From positions 1,470,001 to 1,502,000 of the forward strand of contig NZ_JAGIOS010000003.1 in NCBI RefSeq assembly GCF_017876815.1: 32,000 bases of DNA, in the 5' to 3' direction. Below, piece by piece: positions 17,633 through 25,083 of the stretch; positions within the stretch are counted from its first letter, which is position 1; each line of letters begins with the position of its first letter. A model generated the notes under the pieces. That model was not told the origin of the DNA and did no database searches. It worked only from the letters and a program-made list of their open reading frames with translations. The DNA is from Sinorhizobium meliloti. GTDB taxonomy: Bacteria; Pseudomonadota; Alphaproteobacteria; Rhizobiales; Rhizobiaceae. A program made the translations under genes and the position numbers.

Positions 17633-18403
17633 TCAGCACTGGCGCCCGAAGGGCGTACCGAGACGGCCTTGGGCCTCCCGATCGACGAGCAGCGTCACCG
17701 TGCGATCGGGACTGCGGAACAACCTCGCACGACTGATGTTGAGGACGGTCTCAGAGGTGGTCGCTATTTGAACGGGACGGTGAGCGGCCTCGATGACCTC
17801 GACATCCAAGATCGAGTGGTCGCACAAGACAATGGGAGACCAGGCGGGAGGGCACCCGATGGCCTTGCCTGTGACGGCCATGAGCGAAGATCCGAGCGGG
17901 AGGAGCGGCCCCCCGAGCGTACGATTATAGCCGGTGCTGCCGATTGGCGTCGTCAACACGAGACCATCCCCGTTGATGTTCATCGGGTCCCCATTTCCGC
18001 GGACGGCAACGCTTAACTTGGCTTGCTGGAATACCTGCCGCTCAAGGACGATCTCGTTGATAGCGAAAAGCTCTCGGCTGCGCCCTCCCACCTGCTCGAT
18101 CTCGGCTTGCAGCACAGGCAGTTCCTCGCTGGAAGCCGCTTGCAATCGCTCCGTCAAATCATGCGTCCGTAGTGAATTGCAGAGAATTCCGGTGGAGCTG
18201 TCGGTACGCATGGCGAATACGGGCTTTGCCGGCATTGCCGGCATTGCCAGTGCCTCATGAAGCGCCTCCAATGCGGTACCGTCTCCACCGATGGCCACGA
18301 TGAATTCGGCTTCTGCCGCCGGGGTCTGGCCGTAGCGCCCCGAAAGTTCCTTGAGTGCCCCCTGAGCGCGTGGTCTCGGTGATGCCCGGAATGCGATCTT
18401 CAT
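17633..18403 (-). CDS. nadK: NAD(+) kinase
   Basis: Motifs GGDGT (IVAIGGDGTAL), NEIVLER and GDGLVLTTPIGSTGYN. 256 aa. Confidence 0.85.
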   Translation of the reverse strand: MKIAFRASPRPRAQGALKELSGRYGQTPAAEAEFIVAIGGDGTALEALHEALAMPAMPAKPVFAMRTDSSTGILCNSLRTHDLTERLQAASSEELPVLQAEIEQVGGRSRELFAINEIVLERQVFQQAKLSVAVRGNGDPMNINGDGLVLTTPIGSTGYNRTLGGPLLPLGSSLMAVTGKAIGCPPAWSPIVLCDHSILDVEVIEAAHRPVQIATTSETVLNISRARLFRSPDRTVTLLVDREAQGRLGTPFGRQC

Positions 18404-18600
18404 GGTTGAGCCTTTAATTCAAGAAGGCTGACTTCCCCATTCAAAGGGGGGTTGAGCAAAGCTGGCTGGGCGCTAAGATCTCGCAACAAGCCGCGCTTAG
18501 ACGCGACCATCCGTTGCCGCTGCTTCCCAATACGGATGAAAATATCAGCGCGAACTAAACACGCTTTTTTCAGCCACCTGATCATGCCGTTCTCACTCAT
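18400..18600 (-). CDS. small hypothetical protein (66 aa), translationally coupled to nadK
   Basis: ATG 18600 is preceded by GAGGGAGG. Its TGA overlaps the nadK ATG (ATGA at 18400-18403). GC3 is only moderate and I recognise no family. Confidence 0.4.
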   Translation of the reverse strand: MSENGMIRWLKKACLVRADIFIRIGKQRQRMVASKRGLLRDLSAQPALLNPPLNGEVSLLELKAQP

Positions 18601-18660
18601 GATTGCCTCCCTCTTTGTGGCCGTTGTAGGCGGCCACGCCATCAGCACCGTTTCGGGGCC

Positions 18661-19923
18661 TCAGCCCATGAGGAAATGCTGCGTGCCTTGCGCTTCAATG
18701 GCCTCCGCAAGCCGAGAGAGCGCGTGCACATAAGCGGCGCTGCGCAGGGTAATGCCTTTCTCCTGGGCGAGCGTCCAGACCGCGTCTCCTTCCTGCTCCA
18801 TCCTTGTCTTCAGCCGCGCATGCACCTGCTCGATCGGCCAGGAATCGCCTTGCCGGTTCTGCACCCATTCGAAATACGAAACGGTGACACCACCCGCATT
18901 TGCCAAGATGTCAGGGAGCACAACGACGTTCTTGGCGTTGAGGATTTTATCAGCTTCAAGGGTTATCGGCGCGTTGGCGAGTTCGAGGATGACGTGAGCC
19001 TTTACGCGTGCGGCATTTCCTGCGTGAACCATGTCCTCCAGGGCGGCCAAAACGAGCAGCTCGCAATTGACAGAAACAAGCTCGTCGGCAGGAAGCGTGC
19101 AGACGCCGTCTGAGCCTGCAAGGCTGGTGACGCTCCCCTGCCGCTTTGCGGAAATGAGCTTATCGACGTCGAGTCCCGAGGAGCACTGGACCCCCCCCTT
19201 CGAGTCCGTGACCGCCACGATCTTGAATCCGGCGGCTCCAAGCAGCTGCGCAATGTGCTTGCCCGCATTGCCGAAGCCCTGAATCGCCACCCTCGCGCCA
19301 GGCCGCAATCCGAGCTTTTGCGCCTGGTGTAGGAGGAGATAGTAGCCGCCGCGGGCCGTCGCGTCCTCCCGTCCGAGCGAGCCGCCGAGGGCGATGGGCT
19401 TGCCGGTGATCACCGCCGGGGTCACCTCGCCAACGATAGCGGCGTATTCGTCGGCCATCCAGGCCATAATCGTCGAATTGGTATAGACGTCCGGCGCCGG
19501 AATGTCCCGGTTCGGACCGATGACCTTGGCGAAACATTGAACATACCGGCGGGCGAGGCGCTCCTGTTCGGTCGCGGACAGATTGTGAATATCCACCTGC
19601 ACGCCGCCCTTGGCACCGCCAAGCGGCAACTTGATAACCGCGCACTTCATGGTCATCAGGAAGGCGAGCGTCTCGACCTCGTCGATAGTCACATCCGGGT
19701 GGAAGCGAATGCCGCCCTTGGTGGGGCCGAGCGTGTCGTCATAGCGGCAGCGCCAAGCGGGGTAGGACTTGCTCGCGCCGTCGTCCATGCGGATGACTAG
19801 ACGGGCTTGCGTGGTCTCGCGCGGCGATTTGAGTTTCTCGAGAACGTCCGCGGTGATGTTGAGGTACCCGGCTGCTTCGTAGAGACGTGCCCGGGCTTGG
19901 TCTAGCATAGTCTTGGGGACCAT
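18661..19923 (-). CDS. Glu/Leu/Phe/Val dehydrogenase family enzyme (glutamate dehydrogenase-like, 420 aa)
   Basis: Catalytic Lys motif KLPLGGAKGG, PTKGGIRFHP, dinucleotide fold VAIQGFGNAGKH, and C-terminal VSYFEWVQN. Confidence 0.9.
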   Translation of the reverse strand: MVPKTMLDQARARLYEAAGYLNITADVLEKLKSPRETTQARLVIRMDDGASKSYPAWRCRYDDTLGPTKGGIRFHPDVTIDEVETLAFLMTMKCAVIKLPLGGAKGGVQVDIHNLSATEQERLARRYVQCFAKVIGPNRDIPAPDVYTNSTIMAWMADEYAAIVGEVTPAVITGKPIALGGSLGREDATARGGYYLLLHQAQKLGLRPGARVAIQGFGNAGKHIAQLLGAAGFKIVAVTDSKGGVQCSSGLDVDKLISAKRQGSVTSLAGSDGVCTLPADELVSVNCELLVLAALEDMVHAGNAARVKAHVILELANAPITLEADKILNAKNVVVLPDILANAGGVTVSYFEWVQNRQGDSWPIEQVHARLKTRMEQEGDAVWTLAQEKGITLRSAAYVHALSRLAEAIEAQGTQHFLMG

Positions 19924-20258
19924 TTGATTCCGTTCCTTGTGTTCGTTGCAGCTATCGCGGGTCTGGGCGACATGAGCGGCGGTTGGCAGCTGCCGCCCGC
20001 AAGAGTCGTTTTAAAAATTTCGTCGATTTGGCGGTCGAGCCTCAGAGGCATGTTCTGGTTATCCTTCAGGGACTTGCATGAGAGTTGGAAGACGTAGTCA
20101 TTGTTTTCCCCCATGTCTGGCTGCGCTATCGTAGTTGTTAGCTGCTCGCGACGAGGCTGAGTCACTCGCGCCGCTGACGATGTCGGTTTCGACGACGGCG
20201 AGCGTTTTTGCTGACTATGTCCCAGTTTGTGGAACTCCATCTGAAGCAAACCTGACAT
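19902..20258 (-). CDS. hypothetical protein (118 aa from ATG 20258; the track gives 149 aa from 20351)
   Basis: GAAGGAGAG SD lies 6 nt before ATG 20258. Local GC is lower and GC3 only moderate. The 3' end overlaps the dehydrogenase start by 22 nt. No recognisable motif. Confidence 0.35.
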   Translation of the reverse strand: MSGLLQMEFHKLGHSQQKRSPSSKPTSSAARVTQPRREQLTTTIAQPDMGENNDYVFQLSCKSLKDNQNMPLRLDRQIDEIFKTTLAGGSCQPPLMSPRPAIAATNTRNGIKWSPRLC

Positions 20259-20361
20259 CTCGTTCTCTCCTTCATTCATCGGATCGCGGGCGGCGTTAGG
20301 TGTTTCCGATTTTGCTGCCAAGTCAGGCGGCGAGCTAAAGACAGACGCCAAGGTTTTCTTT

Positions 20362-20664
20362 TCAGTTGCTTGCTTTAGGGTTTCCGCTTGGACTTACCAC
20401 CACGGCCCTTGCCGAAATCGGTCTTGGCGTAATCGGCTTTGCCGAAACCGCCCTTGCCTTCCTTGAAGCTGCGGGCGGAACGCGGAAGCCGTCGCCGCCG
20501 CGCATGCTCGCCATGACCTTCATGCGGCTGTGGAAGTGCATCTCGTTTTTTGACGGGGAGCCGAGGCTGCGATCTTCGATGGGCGCGGTTACCGGCTGAG
20601 CCTTTCGCTTGGGCTTGCCGGTACCACCCTTGCCGTAGAACGCGATCTGACGCAGAGCTGCCAT
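20362..20664 (-). CDS. chimeric ORF: NifH residues 1-17 fused in frame to a small basic protein (100 aa as read; probable frameshift near 20465-20481)
   Basis: MAALRQIAFYGKGGTGK, then PKRKAQPVTAPIEDRSLGSPSKNEMHFHSRMKVMASMRGGDGFR. GC3 is near 100% in this frame up to about 20480, then high GC3 switches to another frame that reads SFKEGKGGFGKADYAKTDFGKGRGGKSKRKP* (stop at 20375). Confidence 0.6.
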   Translation of the reverse strand: MAALRQIAFYGKGGTGKPKRKAQPVTAPIEDRSLGSPSKNEMHFHSRMKVMASMRGGDGFRVPPAASRKARAVSAKPITPRPISARAVVVSPSGNPKASN

Positions 20665-20747
20665 CTTGCTTCCTTTGTTGTTTAAACTATTTCGGTTGTT
20701 CGGACACATGAATGCGCAACAGCATACGCGCCCAGCAGGGCTGATCG

Positions 20748-20763
20748 TGCAAAAGTCGTGCCA
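20748..20763 (-). promoter_or_regulatory. sigma54 -24/-12 promoter, copy C
   Basis: Minus strand TGGCACGACTTTTGCA. Confidence 0.75.
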
Positions 20764-20851
20764 GGACGAAGGACTGGCTGGAACGAAGCTAGTTGCTTTC
20801 TCTCAGACAGTTAGATCGGGAAATTGACGACACGGTTGAAGGAACAACCTG

Positions 20852-20867
20852 TGTCGAGGAGCCGACA
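20852..20867 (-). promoter_or_regulatory. NifA UAS, copy C
   Basis: TGTCGAGGAGCCGACA fits TGT-N10-ACA. Confidence 0.7.
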
Positions 20868-21291
20868 AAGGTGATGGACAATGTCGGATGGCTGCGGCAG
20901 TCATCCGCTCGGCGCCGGGGCTTCTTCGCTTAGGGCGCTGAAATGATGGAGCGGAGAATGCGGCCCTTGCAACGGCGCTCACTTTGAAGAGAGCAGAGCA
21001 TGTCAACTCGCCCGGCGGCTGACTGCGGGCCTCGCGGCGAGGGCGCGATGAAGGCCCCTCAAGGCGTGGGGGTTGATAGCGGTCGGCACGCCCTGGTGCA
21101 TGATCGTGTTCGTCACCGGATGGATGCTATTTGCGCAGCATCCGGCGCCTGCTTGATACAGACTACGAGGTGCATGGTATGTCTCCCAGCTGCAATCATA
21201 TGTGGCTAAGGTTTCCGTCTCTTCCAGCATCAACCGAGCCAACCACTGACGTGACCCACAAACCATTGATTTGATCGACGTATTTCCTTCT

Positions 21292-21680
21292 TTAGAGATT
21301 CCGGCGTGTTATAGTTTTGTCGTATTGCGTACAGGATCGTGTTCTTCTAACTGGCACTGCAAGGCGTAAGCGGTGAAGGCCCATCCTGACGATGTGAACC
21401 ACTAACTTCTTTACCGGAACTGTTGGAGACCTGGCCAACTTCAAGAGCGATGCGGCAATTGGTCGTGCTTTCGTTTCGCACGCCTTCTGAAGGCCGCTAC
21501 GCAGCTTGTTGACGACGGGCCTTGCAAGACTTCGCCTTCGGCTGCTCAGCGATAAGGAGCGACTTTGCCCGGCAGACGGCCGACAACGTCCGCTTCTTCC
21601 ATTTGGCCCACCGTCTCTGATTGATGTCATAGCGCTCTGAAAGCGCCCTCACGCCGGCCTCACTATTTTGCATTGCTCGG
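21292..21680 (-). pseudogene. IS481/IS3-superfamily (rve-type) transposase N-terminal remnant, multiply frameshifted
   Basis: EAGVRALSERYDINQRRWAKWKKR resembles the HTH region (..YGINPKTVAKWKKR..). Downstream pieces (LSAEEE.., ..AYALQ..) appear in other frames. Confidence 0.4.
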
Positions 21681-22019
21681 CGACTGCCTGCAGCAGCGTT
21701 CAATCGATGCGGGGTTTGGTCCCGGTAGACCGAAATGCTGACAGAGCTTGGCAGCGATCGCATAGAACGCCTCCCTAGGGCTCGTAATGCTCGCGATCTC
21801 ATGGGTCGCACCTATCCGGGAACATTCGCGGACAAGCGCATCGAGACTGCCGGTATCCACACTGACGGCCTCGATGTTTTCCGTTGCAAGATAGTCATAC
21901 TGAGCTGGATCAGCTGACAGGACAATTGGATGCAATCCAAGACTCTTGGCCGCTTGGACGTAGAGCTGACCAAGACCTCTTATACCGCCTTCAACTAGGA
22001 TGAGCACTTTCGTTGCCAT
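21663..22019 (-). pseudogene. ATP-grasp enzyme, N-terminal (pre-ATP-grasp) fragment truncated by the IS remnant
   Basis: MATKVLILVEGGIRGLGQLYVQAAKSLGLHPIVLSADPAQYDYLATENIEAVSVDTGSLDALVRECSRIGATHEIASITSPREAFYAIAAKLCQHFGLPGPNPASIERCC. This is a typical start of CPSase-L/ATP-grasp ligases, but the ORF ends after 118 aa. Confidence 0.55.
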
Positions 22020-22092
22020 TTGCTGTTAACCTCGATATTGTTTGTTTCACTGCGGTCCGAGAGCGGAGATCGGGATCAGCTGCGTTAGCCGC

Positions 22093-22375
22093 CCCCAGCT
22101 CGACAAGCGCGGCGAGTGTATTTTGGCAGGCCGTAGACTTGCCGATACCTCCTTACGTAGAACGCGATCTGACGCTGAGCTGCCATCTTGCTTCCTTTGT
22201 TGCTTAAACTAGTTCGGTTGTTCGGACACATGAAAGCGCGACAGATGCACGCCAAGGGGCGATCGTGCAAACGTCGTGCCGGACCGCAGGAGTGACCAAA
22301 ATAAAGCTTATAGCCTTCTTTCAAATCGTTAGATCTGGAAATTGACCATATGGTTGAACGAACAACTTGTTCGTT
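22093..22375 (-). repeat. nifH promoter / 5'-coding cassette, copy D (UAS lost; nifH codons 1 to about 32, frameshifted)
   Basis: ATG 22186 gives MAAQRQIAFY. After a 1-nt deletion a second frame reads GIGKSTACQNTLAALVELG (NifH has GIGKSTTSQNTLAALV.LG). Homology to the other copies stops at the position of the UAS. Confidence 0.8.
22266..22281 (-). promoter_or_regulatory. sigma54 -24/-12 element, copy D (degenerate: CGGCAC)
   Basis: Minus strand CGGCACGACGTTTGCA. GG/GC spacing is kept, but there is no TGT-N10-ACA upstream. Confidence 0.5.
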
Positions 22376-22783
22376 CCGTTCCACGGCACATTGCCTGCCG
22401 ATCAGCAGAAGATGCTGCTGAGCCCGTGCCATGCCGGTTAAGGTGAGCGCGAGAAGCTCCCGCGAACGCTCCTGGGCGCCCGAAGACGGCCAGTGTTGTT
22501 TCCGTGATGGCTTCGGCGAAAAAAGAATGGTTGGATCCCGCTTCGAAACCGAACATTCGCCTGGGAGGTGAAAGGATACGACCTGTCGGCGTCCATCTGA
22601 AAGGAGGCGGTAGACACGCACGGCTCCGGTCGAAACCTGATAGCACTTGTAGTTCAGATCACCGTGGGCATAGATCTCGCACCCCGGCTTGTAGGTGGCG
22701 ACAAGATGGGGCCGAGGAATTGCGGCTGGTCCAAGGTGTTCGGCCTCGATGGACTGTGGTTTGGCTTGTGCAGCGGCGTACAT
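22375..22783 (-). pseudogene. Crp/Fnr-family FixK/FnrN-like regulator gene, frameshifted and 3'-truncated
   Basis: Frame a: CYQVSTGAVRVYRLLSDGRRQVVSFHLPGE. Frame b: MFGFEAGSNHSFFAEAITETTLAVFGRP. Frame a again: RELLALTLTGMARAQQHLLLIGRQCAVER. The sequence then joins cassette D, and the C-terminal HTH is missing. Confidence 0.7.
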
Positions 22784-22877
22784 GGACTATCCCCCGTTTG
22801 ATGTGGGGACAGATTGGCAATTCGCGTGACTTGGAGAAATTCGGTTAGATCACTAAGCGTAACTACCTAGCTGCTTC

Positions 22878-23063
22878 AGAAACGGGGTTCTCGTCACGGG
22901 CCTGAGAATGCCTGACATGTCCGGCGAAGAGCTTCTGCGCAATCTCGACGATCACAAGATCAATATACCGTCGATCGTGATTACCGGGCACGGCGACGTG
23001 CCCATGGCGGTAGAGGCCATGAAAGCGGGGGCGGTGGATTTCATCGAAAAACCTCGCCCGTGA
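22878..23063 (+). pseudogene. fixJ: fixJ receiver-domain fragment (about 60 codons)
   Basis: RNGVLVTGLRMPDMSGEELLRNLDDHKINIPSIVITGHGDVPMAVEAMKAGAVDFIEKP is almost identical, from my recollection of the S. meliloti sequence, to FixJ residues about 48-106. Stops lie on both sides. Confidence 0.75.
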
Positions 23064-23492
23064 GTTGACGTTAAGGGCTCGCTCTTGTGGCTAAGGAGAT
23101 TGGCAAATGACTTCGGCTGCTTTGGAATTCGTGTCCGTAACAAAACTTCCTTAGAAGAAGACAGCGGTCATATCTGGCCAGCGAGACGTTCGCCGGGCAC
23201 CGAGTAAAATCTCGTCGCCGATGCCCGACGTAGCTATTGAAGAGAATATTTGACAGAAACTATGGAGACAATGTTCTAACTTTACATGGACCCACGAAAC
23301 AACGATCTCCGTTGCTAGCGCCTGGGTATCGAATTCTCTAAGCCATCCAACTCTGGTTCTCCACAGGCGACACATGGCCTCAGCGTTCAGCCGTGCCGCC
23401 CGCTCGGGTCGCAGCAATCACGGAGCAACGACGCCCGGCCGGCCGCCTGTCCTGGAGGCGATCCTCACACTCCCGCTTGAGACTGACGCCAT

Positions 23493-23591
23493 TTATTTCG
23501 GTTGGAATTCAAAACACGCAGCCCTTCGGCGGTCTCGGAGCGGCAGCTGGCGGAGATCGTGTCCGTCGAGATAGAGCGGATCAAGAGTATC
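23493..23591 (-). pseudogene. possible ATP-dependent DNA ligase (LigD-type) micro-fragment
   Basis: LDPLYLDGHDLRQLPLRDRRR resembles the FDLLYLDG.DLR.LPL..RK block of the ligase adenylation domain. Only about 25 residues are present. Confidence 0.3.
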
Positions 23592-23674
23592 CCTACGGGC
23601 AGAGCCGCCTTGTTTCATTGAGGAATTGAGGTTGTTTTCGTGAGGCTGGCGTTTCGCCACGTTGCTAACCACGA

Positions 23675-23709
23675 GGGGGTAGGGGCAGGATACGTGTAAA
23701 AACCGGTCA
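23675..23709. repeat. Tn3-family terminal inverted repeat (left)
   Basis: GGGGGTAGGGGCAGGATACGTGTAAAAACCGGTCA. Confidence 0.85.
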
Positions 23710-23721
23710 TAGTGGCTCGGT

Positions 23722-25083
23722 CTACCGTCTGAGGTCTTCGATGCTGAGTTCTTTCCAGAGCCATAGAAAATCATAGGTTGCCATGGGGCCTTGCGGGTTT
23801 GGTCCGGCCGAGGACCGCAGTTCGAGATATTTGAGCCAGTCGGCAACTTTCAAGCGACCGTCTTTGGTGCGGGCTGCGGCGCGTGGGGAGATATCGCCGA
23901 GCATGGCGACGGGCTGGTCCAATGTGGCGCGATATTGCTTGTCGAACATGGCGTGGACGAGTGGGGTTGCGACTTCGGGCGGGATATCGTCTGCCGATGG
24001 CCTTCTGCCCTGATGCGCGGCCTTCAACTGTTCGATGGTCTGGATAGCGGAGAGAGGCGTGCGGACCATTTTTCCGAGGATGTTTTGCACGAGCTCGGCG
24101 CCCCTTTGGGCTCGCTCGGCAGAATTGACCATGAGGACGAGAAAACGTCCCTTGATTTCGAGGTTGCCGAGGACAGGCGTGCCGTCTTCCAATGTGACAC
24201 CGGCGACAAGCGCATTCGGGTGTTCGGGCCTGGCTGGGCCCATGGCCGGCGGTCGGCCGAGCCAGTTCCAGAATTGCGGATTTTCCTGACGCAGGTCGTC
24301 CAATCCGGCAAAGCGGTCGGCGATGTCTTTCTCAGTGATGCCGACTTCGAGGGGGAAACGCACCTCATGAAACACGATGTTGTCGCCATCGCTGTTGCAG
24401 ATGAACGGCTGAACCTCGCCGAGCACCCTGGGCAAGGTATCAAACAGCCAGGCATGAGTGAACAGCGGAGCTGCCGGGCGCAACGTGTCGTTGTCAAGGA
24501 TCAGCTTTTTGCGGGATCGCTTCTTGCCGGACATTTCCCTGAGCCCTTCGAGAAGGGCTTCGGACGCCTCCGGCGAATAGGGCAGAATACCACCGGTTAT
24601 GATGTTCGTGCCACCGACCTCCACGATGCGGGCGGCGATCTTTTCCCACTGCCGCAGGGTCTGGGTGGCGGTTCCCTCGCTGACCGTCACGGGGTCGCCG
24701 CCCCGCAAAAGGTCGCGCGCCAGGAAGGATTTGCCGGGCACGATCTCACAAACCTCGTAAAGGCTGATGACGGAGGTGCTGATCGCCTTCAAATAAGTCT
24801 TGCTACGTGCGGTTTCCTTGAATCCCCGGCTCTTGAGAAAGATATCGACGAAGGTCCGGCCGTCTGGTTCGAAGACCTGGGTGAGGAAATCCTCGAAGGC
24901 GCATCCCCAAAGGGTCATGGCCCAATGGTCGCCGAGAACCTCGCCAATCTCCTCGTGATCGAGGCCGAATTCGTCCATGACGGGCCAGAAGTGGTCGCCC
25001 ATCACCTCCTCGAACTGAAGCGCCCAGTCGTCACGGCCGAGGAATTTGACAAGTGCGCTCAGATTGAAGCCGTTTGCGTTCAT
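23722..25083 (-). CDS. hypothetical protein (453 aa), transposon passenger co-transcribed with tnpR
   Basis: ATG 25083 forms ATGA with the tnpR stop. The C-terminal LGDISPRAAARTKDGRLKVADWLKYLE resembles the Xre/MbcA/ParS (DUF2384-like) LGG.SP......G...V...L...E module. The rest is unrecognised. Confidence 0.7.
   Translation of the reverse strand: MNANGFNLSALVKFLGRDDWALQFEEVMGDHFWPVMDEFGLDHEEIGEVLGDHWAMTLWGCAFEDFLTQVFEPDGRTFVDIFLKSRGFKETARSKTYLKAISTSVISLYEVCEIVPGKSFLARDLLRGGDPVTVSEGTATQTLRQWEKIAARIVEVGGTNIITGGILPYSPEASEALLEGLREMSGKKRSRKKLILDNDTLRPAAPLFTHAWLFDTLPRVLGEVQPFICNSDGDNIVFHEVRFPLEVGITEKDIADRFAGLDDLRQENPQFWNWLGRPPAMGPARPEHPNALVAGVTLEDGTPVLGNLEIKGRFLVLMVNSAERAQRGAELVQNILGKMVRTPLSAIQTIEQLKAAHQGRRPSADDIPPEVATPLVHAMFDKQYRATLDQPVAMLGDISPRAAARTKDGRLKVADWLKYLELRSSAGPNPQGPMATYDFLWLWKELSIEDLRR

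Larger units (their letters stand above)
20614..20965 (-). repeat. nifH promoter / 5'-coding cassette, copy C
   Basis: Contains UAS, -24/-12, full-length 5'UTR, SD and nifH codons 1-17. Upstream homology with copy B extends to about 20965. Confidence 0.85.

Noticed and set aside
21000-21266. Overlapping 69-aa (+) and 87-aa (-) ORFs upstream of cassette C.
   Set aside because: They are mutually antisense, with no motifs or ribosome-binding sites. They are likely non-coding sequence or debris upstream of the promoter cassette.
13327-22375. The possibility that the repeated segments of about 250-350 bp are a CRISPR array or a miniature transposable element.
   Set aside because: The copies are 0.5-6.5 kb apart, far longer than CRISPR repeats, and have no regular spacers or terminal inverted repeats. 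Their content (sigma54 promoter, NifA UAS, nifH start) explains them.
22085-22783. 232-aa ORF that could be read as one intact protein.
   Set aside because: It is a read-through artefact joining a frameshifted fixK-like N-terminal half, the cassette D promoter/UTR and frameshifted nifH codons. The central part of the Crp/Fnr domain is encoded in a different frame (22329-22646).
23151-23417. 88-aa minus-strand ORF in the lower-GC stretch between the fixJ fragment and the Tn3 element.
   Set aside because: It has no SD, no recognisable motif and poor codon bias, and it lies in a region made of gene fragments.
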